From Alphaproteobacteria bacterium (GTDB taxonomy: Bacteria > Pseudomonadota > Alphaproteobacteria > Rs-D84), in contig JAFXGD010000046.1 in the NCBI GenBank assembly GCA_017513285.1, positions 1 through 58,296 on the forward strand: a stretch of DNA of 58,296 bases. Direction: 5' to 3'. Below, piece after piece: positions 27,271-36,423 of the stretch. Positions within the stretch are counted from its first letter, which is position 1; the number at the start of each line of letters is the position of its first letter. The translations under genes were made by a program, and so were the position numbers. The notes under the pieces were generated by a model. That model was not told where the DNA came from. It saw only the letters and a list, made by a program, of their open reading frames with translations, and searched no databases.

Positions 27271-28470
27271 TTACTTATCGTGATTTTGCTTTGCTGTTAT
27301 ATCCGCGTGGCAATCGTGGCATAACATCAGACAGTTATCTATTGTCGTTTCGCCACCATCTATAAAGGCTACTTTATGGTGCGCTTCTAGTTCAGAAAAC
27401 GGCATTTCGCGTCCGCAACGTCCACCACATCTTTTACCTTGGTTCGCATAAGCCTGACGTTGTTGTTTATCACTGAATATACGATGCCATATCAATGTAC
27501 GATCTCCAGACAACACGTATTCATAAAAGCCACTCTTTTTCAACCCGTCAGGATCAACATTGTACAGGTCAAACAATCGTTTCAATTCGGCTTCTAATAC
27601 CGCGGGGTCGTACTGATTATTACCGTATTTGTTATATAATGTTCCCCAATCAATACTTTTCATTTCCTTACGATACTCTGGGAATGTTGTTTTTACCCAT
27701 TCTATGACAGACTTGTAATAAGTCCAAAGTTCATTTGCGTTTTCATCAAAACGATGTTGTGCCATGTAATCTTTTATCTCTGGATATTGATCTGATTTAG
27801 ATATGCGCCACCGTAATGCCAATTCTAACAATTCTTGACGATTTGCCGCGACAGCATCCTTATTTACCAACATGTGCCGATCATCATTATCGCAAAAAGA
27901 TATGCTCAATGCTTTGTTATTGGTTTTTTTAGAGAAATACTGTTTGGCATCTGATAACCATGATCCTGTATAATTCGCATTCAGCAATTCTTGTTCAGTC
28001 ATCTGTTTGCCGGCAATGTTTATAGTATGAAACCATTCTAATTTTTCATCATCCGTTCCATTACATAAATACACTTGCAACCGATAATCTAAAATCTCTT
28101 CCTTTTTCTCTGGCGATAATCCTTCAAAAGATTGATTGTTTTTCCCATTGAAATTGATTGCTATTGGGTTGCCATGTCCGTCATCGTTAGTAATAAATTG
28201 ACAGATTGAAATAATGCGTTGCTGCCCATCAATTACTTCGTATGTACCATCTGGATTGATTGCCCAATACATACTGTTCAGTGGTAATCCATTATAAACT
28301 GACATCATAACGCGATCACGATCATTTGGTTCATATACGAACGCGCGCTGATATGCTGGTCTTACATTCAAAGTTCCATGATAGGCAACAACACCGTTAT
28401 CGCCACTATCTTTATAATTTTTTACCAATTCACGAATAGTTATAACTGGTGTTGTTATTGTCATAGTCAT
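27271..28470 (-). CDS. DUF262 (ParB/GmrS-like) plus HNH nuclease
   Basis: 399-aa ORF with IDGQQRI near the N-terminus and a C-terminal HNH finger (HHKVAFIDGGETTIDNCLMLCHDCH). Confidence 0.75.
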   Translation of the reverse strand: MTMTITTPVITIRELVKNYKDSGDNGVVAYHGTLNVRPAYQRAFVYEPNDRDRVMMSVYNGLPLNSMYWAINPDGTYEVIDGQQRIISICQFITNDDGHGNPIAINFNGKNNQSFEGLSPEKKEEILDYRLQVYLCNGTDDEKLEWFHTINIAGKQMTEQELLNANYTGSWLSDAKQYFSKKTNNKALSISFCDNDDRHMLVNKDAVAANRQELLELALRWRISKSDQYPEIKDYMAQHRFDENANELWTYYKSVIEWVKTTFPEYRKEMKSIDWGTLYNKYGNNQYDPAVLEAELKRLFDLYNVDPDGLKKSGFYEYVLSGDRTLIWHRIFSDKQQRQAYANQGKRCGGRCGREMPFSELEAHHKVAFIDGGETTIDNCLMLCHDCHADITAKQNHDK

Positions 28471-28472
28471 TA

Positions 28473-29435
28473 TTATGCTCCTTGCTTTTTACGAATGATT
28501 ATTCTTCTGTACAATGCCTTTCCATTTAGATCTGGACCCCTGCCGCGCCACTCAACTCTATGATCATCTAAACCTAAAATTTCAAATTGTTCAGGATTAT
28601 ATTTATGCAAAAACGAAATAGGAACTCCCATTAGTCCATCATAATCCATTGGCATATTTCTAACAGTTCCAACTTCTATAGCATCATAATTATCGTACTT
28701 TGGGTACATTGATTCAAAGCCATGATATGTTTTCCCTGTTTCTAGTTTTTCGTTTCGTTTACTATGCGGCAAATTAGTAAACCATACAACACCAGCAACA
28801 AAAGCATATTTTACACCATTTTCTATTTTATGATATTGCTCATAATCGTCCGGTACCGCGAACCATCTGTTTGAACTGTCCATTGTCATGCCAAGCCATA
28901 CTTTATTTGCTTTTATCAATGGAAAAAATTCTTTATACGTTATTGCATTTTGATTTCCGATGATTATAAATTTCTTTTTGTATTCCATGAGCTGAGCCAC
29001 ATATTCCCTGAACAGCGAGAACGGTGGATTTGTTATTACTATGTCAGCCTGTTTCAATAATTCTATACATTCCGCGCTACGAAAATCCCCATCGCTTTTT
29101 AGTGGTATTTCTTCTATATCTTCACTGCATATAATGCCATCGCCAGTATTATCTTTGTTCAAAATATACATCGTTGATTTTTTGCCGGCTTCGTAGTGTG
29201 TGGCGATAACTTTTTTGATTCCGAATGCTTGAAAATTGTCCGCGAGATATTTTATAAAATTTGATTTAGGTGTTCCTTTGCCAATACCGTAATGATCATC
29301 ACAATTACAGTATATGACTTTGCCTTTGAAATACTTTGCATAGTTTACAAGCTCTTTTTTTATATCGTCATAGCTTGTATAAAATTCATCTTTCTTTGCT
29401 GTATTCGCGACAATAAGCCCTGTATTTTTTCTCAT
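28473..29435 (-). CDS. N6-adenine DNA methyltransferase, M.EcoRI-like family
   Basis: DEFYT, YCNCDD, GDGDFRS, ITNPPFSLFREY and GVPISFL blocks. Start set to ATG 29435 with an AGGA SD, whereas the track starts at an upstream TTG. Confidence 0.75.
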   Translation of the reverse strand: MRKNTGLIVANTAKKDEFYTSYDDIKKELVNYAKYFKGKVIYCNCDDHYGIGKGTPKSNFIKYLADNFQAFGIKKVIATHYEAGKKSTMYILNKDNTGDGIICSEDIEEIPLKSDGDFRSAECIELLKQADIVITNPPFSLFREYVAQLMEYKKKFIIIGNQNAITYKEFFPLIKANKVWLGMTMDSSNRWFAVPDDYEQYHKIENGVKYAFVAGVVWFTNLPHSKRNEKLETGKTYHGFESMYPKYDNYDAIEVGTVRNMPMDYDGLMGVPISFLHKYNPEQFEILGLDDHRVEWRGRGPDLNGKALYRRIIIRKKQGA

Positions 29436-29682
29436 ATTGTATTTCCTGGTATTCAAAAATTTGTTGTAAAATCTTCCCTGGAAATACTTACATAAACCAA
29501 CGTTTTGTTATGGATTGCGCGCTTTCAAGTGAGCAATCTATTTGAATATGAAAGAATGCCTGTTTTCTGGGATTTATAAATTTGGACTTTTTATAATCTA
29601 ACCATTTCAAACAAGCTAAAAATATGTTGATTTTATCGTTCTATAAAAAAACAAGGATTTTTACAACATAAAGGTATAAAAA

Positions 29683-30282
29683 ATGGCTATAATTGGGTAC
29701 ATCCGCGTGTCTTCAAACAAGCAATCATGTGAACATCAAAAACACGAACTAACACAATTCGCGGCACAACAAAATATCAATATAGATCAGTGGGTAGAAG
29801 AAACAATATCATCACGAAAGCCGCTAAAGAAACGTAAACTAGGCGAATTATTAGAAACAATACAACCAAATGATATTCTAATCGCGGCAGAAATCTCGCG
29901 GCTTGGGCGTTCTTTGTTAGAAGTTATGCATATTTTGGAAATTTGCCTGAATAATAATTGTCAGGTGTGGACGTTGAAAGAACATTATAGGTTAGGAAAC
30001 GATATTCAATCAAAGGTTATGGCTTTCGCTTTTGGTCTTTCTGCAGAGATAGAACGTAACCTTATAAGTCAAAGAACAAAAGCATCTCTGGATAACATTC
30101 GCGCAAAAGGTAAACGATTGGGTAGACCTGTTTCTGCTCAATCTAAAAAACTAAAATTAGCTAAAAATAAAAAACGCATCCGGAAATTACTAGATGCGGG
30201 AATATCAAAATATAAGATTGCGAAATTGATGGAAGTACAACCTATGACTATCACAAGGTTTGTTTCGCGAATGGGGTGGTAA
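29683..30282 (+). CDS. Small serine recombinase (resolvase/invertase family), second copy
   Basis: 199-aa ORF with GYIRVSSNKQ, ISRLGRS, SAEIERNLISQRT and a C-terminal HTH. Only distantly similar to the 26349-26921 product. Confidence 0.85.
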   Translation: MAIIGYIRVSSNKQSCEHQKHELTQFAAQQNINIDQWVEETISSRKPLKKRKLGELLETIQPNDILIAAEISRLGRSLLEVMHILEICLNNNCQVWTLKEHYRLGNDIQSKVMAFAFGLSAEIERNLISQRTKASLDNIRAKGKRLGRPVSAQSKKLKLAKNKKRIRKLLDAGISKYKIAKLMEVQPMTITRFVSRMGW

Positions 30283-30306
30283 GATGTGTTTTTCCTACCA
30301 CCCCAT
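30271..30306. terminator. Hairpin between convergent recombinase and integrase genes
   Basis: ATGGGGTGGTAAG / CCTACCACCCCAT, with 11 of 13 positions paired. Confidence 0.5.
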
Positions 30307-30311
30307 AAAAC

Positions 30312-32006
30312 CTAATCAATGTTGATGTGTGGTTTGTATTTTCCGCGCTTAGTGCTGATCTTTTCTGGATTGATATAAAGATCTGGGATTATTTTTTTCC
30401 AATAATCAAGATGTAAAATTTCTTCTGGATACTCAATTCTATCAACAGCTTCTTTGATTTCTTCTGTAGAGTATTTTAGATAGTTTTTTTGCCGTATAGT
30501 GCTTCCTTCCCAACCAATAATGTCATCAACAATGGAATCGTCAATCTTTAGTCTTTTTGTGTGTTTGCTTATTGTGTCGCGGAAAGAATGAAAAGAGTAT
30601 TTATTACCATCACGTGATACGATTCCTAACTCATTCTGTATAAAGCGTTCCCATGGTGCCATAAATTTTTTAGCAGGATCGCCCTTTGAACTAGCTGCGC
30701 GGTCAAATATAAAATCTGTCTCTTGCGCACCCATTTTTTTCTGTCGTGCCTTTATCATATCTAAAAAACCAAAATCTAATAATTGTTTTGCAATAGCTAA
30801 TTTTCGTTCACTAGCTTTATTTTTTCTGTTTTTCTTGGTATGGTTTTTACGGAACCAAATACAATGAACACCATCTTTTTCAATAAAATCTCCGAACTGC
30901 AAAGTGACAGCTAAATTTGTTCTTGAACCAGAAAACAATGCAACCAAACATGCTAAAAATTCATCAGGATGTGTTTTGAAGAAATCATATTTTGGGTCAA
31001 AAATTTTTGCTAATTGTTCTTCGGTAAACGTGCCAAACTCTTCTTTTTCGCCCGCTGGTGTTTCTGGTAACCTTTCTGTGTAATAAAGTAATTTTTCCCC
31101 TTTGTAAAATTCTGGTTCTTTCTTATGAGCCTGCTTTATAACCTTACGCAATACGTCCATTGTTTTGTTTTTAGAATCATTGTTTAGATTGGTTCTGCTA
31201 GTTAGCGCTTCAACTATTTTCTTTATCACGTTTTCATTGTTCAATTTAGAATAATCATCGTCCAGAGATAGATTTACCGGTTTCAATAATGTTGCTAATA
31301 TCCGCGGGAATCTCTCTTTGATTGTATCACTATTACGTTTCAGAGATTCTGTTAGAATTTCTCTTATGGTATTTTGGGGCATTTGCATGCTTGGATATTG
31401 TGGCATGTATTGTTTGTTGATTGCGGGCATTACCGGTATCATAGTTTGTGTGCCGTATACCATTTGTTCCCAAGACGTGTATTGTGGTGTAAATAATTGT
31501 TGATGTTGCTTGAATTGATACTGTATCGCTGGGTTGGTCTTTGCGCGAATAAAATGGATCAATATGTGAAGCTTGTTGCGTTCTAATTCTGCAGCCATGC
31601 CCGCGGAACATCTTTCTGTCAATGTAGCGCTGTTTCCAGTTTTGCTTAGTCTTAGTATTTCTTCACATTTGAAATATTTATCAATAGCTTGAGTGTCCGA
31701 TAAATTTTTATATTCGTTTTCTATAATGCGCGCTCGTTCTTCATCGGTTTGTGCAATTTGATTTAGATATTGATCAATAGTTACTGGTTTAGTGGTATCC
31801 AGTTCCACATTATTTATTATTTGCATAGAAAGCTCCTTTTTCACTAATGCGAGCCTTTGGATAGCCAAATTTAGATCGCTTGTTCCTAGGCTCTTTTTTA
31901 TAGAACTGAACTTTCCATCACTTTTTTTGAAAGAAATGCGAAAATAATAAATTTTTTTTCGTAAAACTAAGTTCTTTATATATACATGTCTCACTTTTGG
32001 TACCAC
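30312..32006 (-). CDS. Tyrosine recombinase / integrase (unusually long)
   Basis: 564 aa with a GTG start. Has an N-terminal arm-binding-like segment (YYFRISFKK..GK..SIKKSLGTSD). C-terminal catalytic residues are SGSRTNL (R), HSFRDT (HxxR) and GWEGST...NYLKY (W...Y). Confidence 0.85.
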   Translation of the reverse strand: MVPKVRHVYIKNLVLRKKIYYFRISFKKSDGKFSSIKKSLGTSDLNLAIQRLALVKKELSMQIINNVELDTTKPVTIDQYLNQIAQTDEERARIIENEYKNLSDTQAIDKYFKCEEILRLSKTGNSATLTERCSAGMAAELERNKLHILIHFIRAKTNPAIQYQFKQHQQLFTPQYTSWEQMVYGTQTMIPVMPAINKQYMPQYPSMQMPQNTIREILTESLKRNSDTIKERFPRILATLLKPVNLSLDDDYSKLNNENVIKKIVEALTSRTNLNNDSKNKTMDVLRKVIKQAHKKEPEFYKGEKLLYYTERLPETPAGEKEEFGTFTEEQLAKIFDPKYDFFKTHPDEFLACLVALFSGSRTNLAVTLQFGDFIEKDGVHCIWFRKNHTKKNRKNKASERKLAIAKQLLDFGFLDMIKARQKKMGAQETDFIFDRAASSKGDPAKKFMAPWERFIQNELGIVSRDGNKYSFHSFRDTISKHTKRLKIDDSIVDDIIGWEGSTIRQKNYLKYSTEEIKEAVDRIEYPEEILHLDYWKKIIPDLYINPEKISTKRGKYKPHINID

Positions 32007-32102
32007 CTGAATGTTTCATGGTTGTTTTTTATGCTGGAAAACATTGAGATGGCGGGAATCTAAGAATGATCAAATTTCGCGGTTCGGTACCATGGATGAT
32101 TC

Positions 32103-32131
32103 AAAAAATAAAAAATCCCAGATAACTGGGA
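32103..32131 (-). terminator. Hairpin plus T-run immediately downstream of tRNA-Val (island-borne)
   Basis: TCCCAG-ATAA-CTGGGA with an A-run on the plus strand (T-run on the minus strand). Confidence 0.5.
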
Positions 32132-32138
32132 AAAATTC

Positions 32139-32158
32139 ATGGTGGGTGGTATTGGACT
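32139..32158. repeat. att repeat (within the tRNA-Val 3' end)
   Basis: Identical to 24316-24335. Confidence 0.9.
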
Positions 32159-32216
32159 CGAACCAACGACCTTTACGATGTCAACGTAACGCTCTAACCA
32201 ACTGAGCTAACCACCC
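32140..32216 (-). tRNA. tRNA-Val (GAC)
   Basis: Reverse complement GGGTGGTTAGCTCAGTTGGTTAGAGC-G-TTACG-TTGACAT-CGTAA-AGGTC-GTTGGTTCGAGTCCAAT-ACCACCC-ACCA. Confidence 0.92.
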
Positions 32217-32292
32217 AAGCGACAACTATTATAACAATAAAATTTAGATTTGCAAATAAATTATACTGTATAATTATTTTACTTTTGTGCAT

Positions 32293-32321
32293 AAAAAACA
32301 CCGGCAAACGCCGGTATTTTT
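32293..32321 (-). terminator. Intrinsic terminator after accC (repeat family, inverted orientation)
   Basis: AAAAAACACCGGCAAACGCCGGTATTTTT. Confidence 0.65.
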
Positions 32322-33666
32322 ATTGGTTTTTCAGGTATGATTCCAACCACTTGTTATCGAATTTTAATTGTTTGACATCTTTGTTTGCCAACAGTTTTTT
32401 CTGCAAAGGAATAGTTGTTTTAACACCTTCGATAACAAATTCGTCCAACGCACGTGTTGCCCGCATAATGCATGCCGGTCTGTTTTGTGCATGCACAATC
32501 AGTTTTGCAATCATTGAATCATATGTTGGTGGAATTGTGTATCCGGTGTAAACAGCACTGTCCACACGTACGCCCAACCCGCCCGATGGCGCATACAGTG
32601 ATATTTTACCTGCGCATGGTGTAAAATCATCGGGGTCTTCGGCATTTATACGAAATTCGATTGCATGTCCATTTGGAATAACATTGGACTGCGTATATCC
32701 CAACTTTTCACCTGCGGCCACACGAATTTGTTCACGCACCAAATCTACGCCATAAACCATTTCTGTTACAGGATGTTCCACCTGTAATCTGGTATTCATT
32801 TCCAAGAAATAGAATTTACCATCTTCGAACATAAATTCGAAAGTCCCGGCATTTGTATATCCCATTTTTTTGGCGGCAGTCTTACAAATTTCAATCATAT
32901 CGTCACGTTGTTTTTGTGACAGTATCGCAGCGGGGCATTCTTCCATAACTTTCTGATTTCGTCTTTGCAGTGAACAATCACGTTCACCAAAGATTACGAC
33001 ATTACCATGTTTATCGCCCAACACTTGGAATTCTATATGTCTGGGATGTGTTAATAATTTTTCTATATACAGTGTATCATCGCCGAATGCAGACTTTGCT
33101 TCATTTTTTGTTAATTGATATGCTTCGGCCATTTGTTCTGCATCCATAACCGGCCGCATGCCACGTCCGCCACCACCGGCCGCCGCCTTTAACATAACGG
33201 GGTAGCCGATTTTTTCTGCGATGTGTAAAGCGCTGTCCACAGAATCGACGGCGCCATCTGAACCGGGGACGACGGGCAATCCGCATTCAATGGCGGTCTT
33301 TTTTGCATTAACCTTATCGCCCATTTTTTCAATCATGTCTGGCTTTGGTCCAATCCAAATCATTCCATGTTGTTCAACTTTACGTGCGAAATCTGCCCGT
33401 TCGGACAAAAATCCATATCCCGGATGAATTGCATCGGAATTGGTCAACAGTGCCGCCGTCAATATTGCAGATTCATTTAAATAAGAATCCCGTGCCGCCG
33501 CCGGTCCGATACAGACGGATTCGTCGGCCAATTGCACATGCATTGCATCACGGTCCGCCACAGAATATACGGCAACCGTTCGAATACCCATATCACGACA
33601 TGCGCGAATAATTCTTAATGCGATTTCGCCCCGATTTGCGATTAAAACTTTTTTAATTTGTGACAT
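32320..33666 (-). CDS. accC: Acetyl-CoA carboxylase biotin carboxylase subunit
   Basis: 448-aa ATP-grasp protein starting KVLIANRGEIALRIIRAC, with GGGGRGM and EMNTRLQVEHPVTE. Confidence 0.95.
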   Translation of the reverse strand: MSQIKKVLIANRGEIALRIIRACRDMGIRTVAVYSVADRDAMHVQLADESVCIGPAAARDSYLNESAILTAALLTNSDAIHPGYGFLSERADFARKVEQHGMIWIGPKPDMIEKMGDKVNAKKTAIECGLPVVPGSDGAVDSVDSALHIAEKIGYPVMLKAAAGGGGRGMRPVMDAEQMAEAYQLTKNEAKSAFGDDTLYIEKLLTHPRHIEFQVLGDKHGNVVIFGERDCSLQRRNQKVMEECPAAILSQKQRDDMIEICKTAAKKMGYTNAGTFEFMFEDGKFYFLEMNTRLQVEHPVTEMVYGVDLVREQIRVAAGEKLGYTQSNVIPNGHAIEFRINAEDPDDFTPCAGKISLYAPSGGLGVRVDSAVYTGYTIPPTYDSMIAKLIVHAQNRPACIMRATRALDEFVIEGVKTTIPLQKKLLANKDVKQLKFDNKWLESYLKNQ

Positions 33667-33674
33667 ATTATATA

Positions 33675-34115
33675 TTATTCGATAACGATTAAAGGTTGGT
33701 CAAATTCAACGGCTGCGCCATCTGTAATCAGAATTTGTTTCACGACCCCGTCTTTATCTGCCTTGATTGGGTTAAAAGTTTTCATTGCTTCGACCAATGC
33801 GACTGTATCGCCGACTTTGACGGTTGCGCCCACTTCGATAAAGTGTTCTGCGCCGGGTTCTGGCGCCAAATAAACCACCCCGACCATTGGCGATTTTACC
33901 ACATGACCTGAAATGTTTGCATCGCATTTGGCGGCTTGTTTACATTCGGTCAAAGTTGCCGTTGGTACGGCGACCGCTGCGGTGGCTTGCTGTTTTGATA
34001 AATGAATATGTTTACGGTATACGCCGAACAAGAATTGGCGTTCTAAATCTAACTCTGTAATTCCCATATCGTCCATGATTTTAGACATAGATTCAACGGT
34101 TGCACGAAAAGACAT
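33675..34115 (-). CDS. accB: Biotin carboxyl carrier protein
   Basis: C-terminal biotinyl domain with EAMK. Directly upstream of accC. Confidence 0.9.
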   Translation of the reverse strand: MSFRATVESMSKIMDDMGITELDLERQFLFGVYRKHIHLSKQQATAAVAVPTATLTECKQAAKCDANISGHVVKSPMVGVVYLAPEPGAEHFIEVGATVKVGDTVALVEAMKTFNPIKADKDGVVKQILITDGAAVEFDQPLIVIE

Positions 34116-34178
34116 TTTTAATCCTTATGTTTAATTTTGTCTGGCATAAATAAAATTCTATCATAATCCCGCCCATTG

Positions 34179-34415
34179 TCAAGGCACAGGGTCGTAACCG
34201 AACCCGCCACCGGGCCTGCAACGTGATATACGTCGTATTCCCAACCATATACCACGCACAATACCGTGCTTTTGTATTGCGATGCGTGTGTATTCGCTGC
34301 AACTGGGGGTAAAACGGCATGTATTTTGTCCGCCGATAATTGGTGATATTGTACATTGATATGCCCGCACGCATGCGCATGCCGCCCTTTGCGCCCAAGA
34401 TTGATTATTTTGCAT
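34179..34415 (-). CDS. yidD: Membrane protein insertion efficiency factor YidD
   Basis: 78-aa ORF with YQ..ISP......CRF.PSCSEY and a GYDPVP end. Overlaps the rnpA stop. Confidence 0.85.
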   Translation of the reverse strand: MQNNQSWAQRAACACVRAYQCTISPIIGGQNTCRFTPSCSEYTRIAIQKHGIVRGIWLGIRRISRCRPGGGFGYDPVP

Positions 34416-34773
34416 TTTTATACAGTTTTTTTAAATAATGCAGTGCTTTTTTCATTGCCACCCGTCCATCTGTACGATTGGCGGTTAATATATCACGACG
34501 CACCACAAATACATAGTCCCATTCACGCACCAACAAATTTTCATTGGCGCAAATCCAATCACGTATTAATCGTTTGGCCCGATTTCTGTCCACAGCGTGT
34601 TTAAAAGTCTTTTTTGTGACGATTAAACCGTATCGTGGGTCGTCGGGGAATTTTGCATTTTTTGCCCGCACCAAAAAGTATGCACAGCGTGCAGATGGGT
34701 CGGAATCCCCCATTGCGAAATCTGCATGTTTTTTTATTGTATCACGTATCATAGTGTCCCCATAATAGCACAA
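34405..34773 (-). CDS. rnpA: RNase P protein component
   Basis: Basic 122-aa ORF with the RNR-type motif ([13 protein letters not shown]). The true start may be the internal Met at about 34752. No rpmH is visible upstream. Confidence 0.8.
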   Translation of the reverse strand: MCYYGDTMIRDTIKKHADFAMGDSDPSARCAYFLVRAKNAKFPDDPRYGLIVTKKTFKHAVDRNRAKRLIRDWICANENLLVREWDYVFVVRRDILTANRTDGRVAMKKALHYLKKLYKNAK

Positions 34774-34863
34774 TATCCGTTAAGTCAAATAAATTTGTTG
34801 TCGCATCTTGATTTTTTGCCATACGTGATTTATAGTGCAAAAAACAAAATTATGGGGAAATAA

Positions 34864-35910
<1,047 letters not shown>

Positions 35911-35913
<3 letters not shown>

Positions 35914-35950
35914 AATGTTAAAAAAACACCGGCAAATGCCGGTGTTTTTT
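35911..35950. terminator. Bidirectional intrinsic terminator (repeat family)
   Basis: TAAAATGTTAAAAAAACACCGGCAAATGCCGGTGTTTTTT. Confidence 0.7.
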
Positions 35951-36413
35951 AACGTAATTTTTGAAAGTTTTTATATATCTTACAATCTATGAATTGACAG
36001 TATGGTTGACTGGTATAATTCACCCGTGTTGGTTTATTACACTTTGCGCCCAATAATTGGCAGTATGGCTGTCCGTCTTTTTGGATTCGCAAACCGGAAT
36101 ATTGTGCGGCCTGTTTTGTGGTTGGGGTAAACATTGGTGTTTTGCCCCCTGCGACATATCTGCTGTAAATGTAATTTGTGACCTGTTGCAGTGAAAAATT
36201 ATTCATTGCTTCGATATCTTTATCGGACACACGTATTCCGAATGCACGTTCAAATGCCACAAACATATCGATTGTATCCAAAGAATCCATTGCTGAAAAT
36301 TTACCTAAAAAATGTGGGGCGGTTAAATCTGTGACCGTTATGCCAAAGCGTTCTTTTGCTTCATCGGCAAAGAATTTTTGAATTTCCGATTTTGTTGGAA
36401 TTTTGCATGTCAT
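35949..36413 (-). CDS. Acyl-carrier-protein-like domain with a Cys-containing C-terminal extension
   Basis: DSLDTIDMFVAFERAFGI matches the ACP phosphopantetheine-Ser helix. Start set to ATG 36413 to clear nth. The C-terminal 75 aa carry two QPYCQ repeats. Confidence 0.55.
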   Translation of the reverse strand: MTCKIPTKSEIQKFFADEAKERFGITVTDLTAPHFLGKFSAMDSLDTIDMFVAFERAFGIRVSDKDIEAMNNFSLQQVTNYIYSRYVAGGKTPMFTPTTKQAAQYSGLRIQKDGQPYCQLLGAKCNKPTRVNYTSQPYCQFIDCKIYKNFQKLR

Positions 36414-36423
36414 AATTATACCT

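Larger units (their letters stand above)
24316..32158. mobile_element. Integrative island in tRNA-Val
   Basis: Perfect 20-nt direct repeat at both ends, a tyrosine integrase next to the tRNA, accessory-only cargo, and a different composition from the flanks. Confidence 0.85.

Noticed and set aside
27232-29457. 10-nt direct repeat GGTATTCAAA bracketing the methylase-nuclease operon (27232-27241 and 29448-29457).
   Set aside because: By rough estimate a 10-mer shared between two ~300-bp AT-rich spacers is not clearly beyond chance. I have not used it as evidence.
24316-32158. Absence of GAATTC (the archetypal M.EcoRI target) from the island as a sign of restriction avoidance.
   Set aside because: I found none by eye, but only about 2-3 would be expected in 7.8 kb of this composition. 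The flanking core contains GAATTC freely (for example at 2049, 7537 and 7956). The absence is not significant, and the methylase specificity is unknown.
32011-32205. 64-aa ORF between the integrase and accC.
   Set aside because: It overlaps the tRNA-Val gene and its terminator on the opposite strand, so it is most likely spurious.
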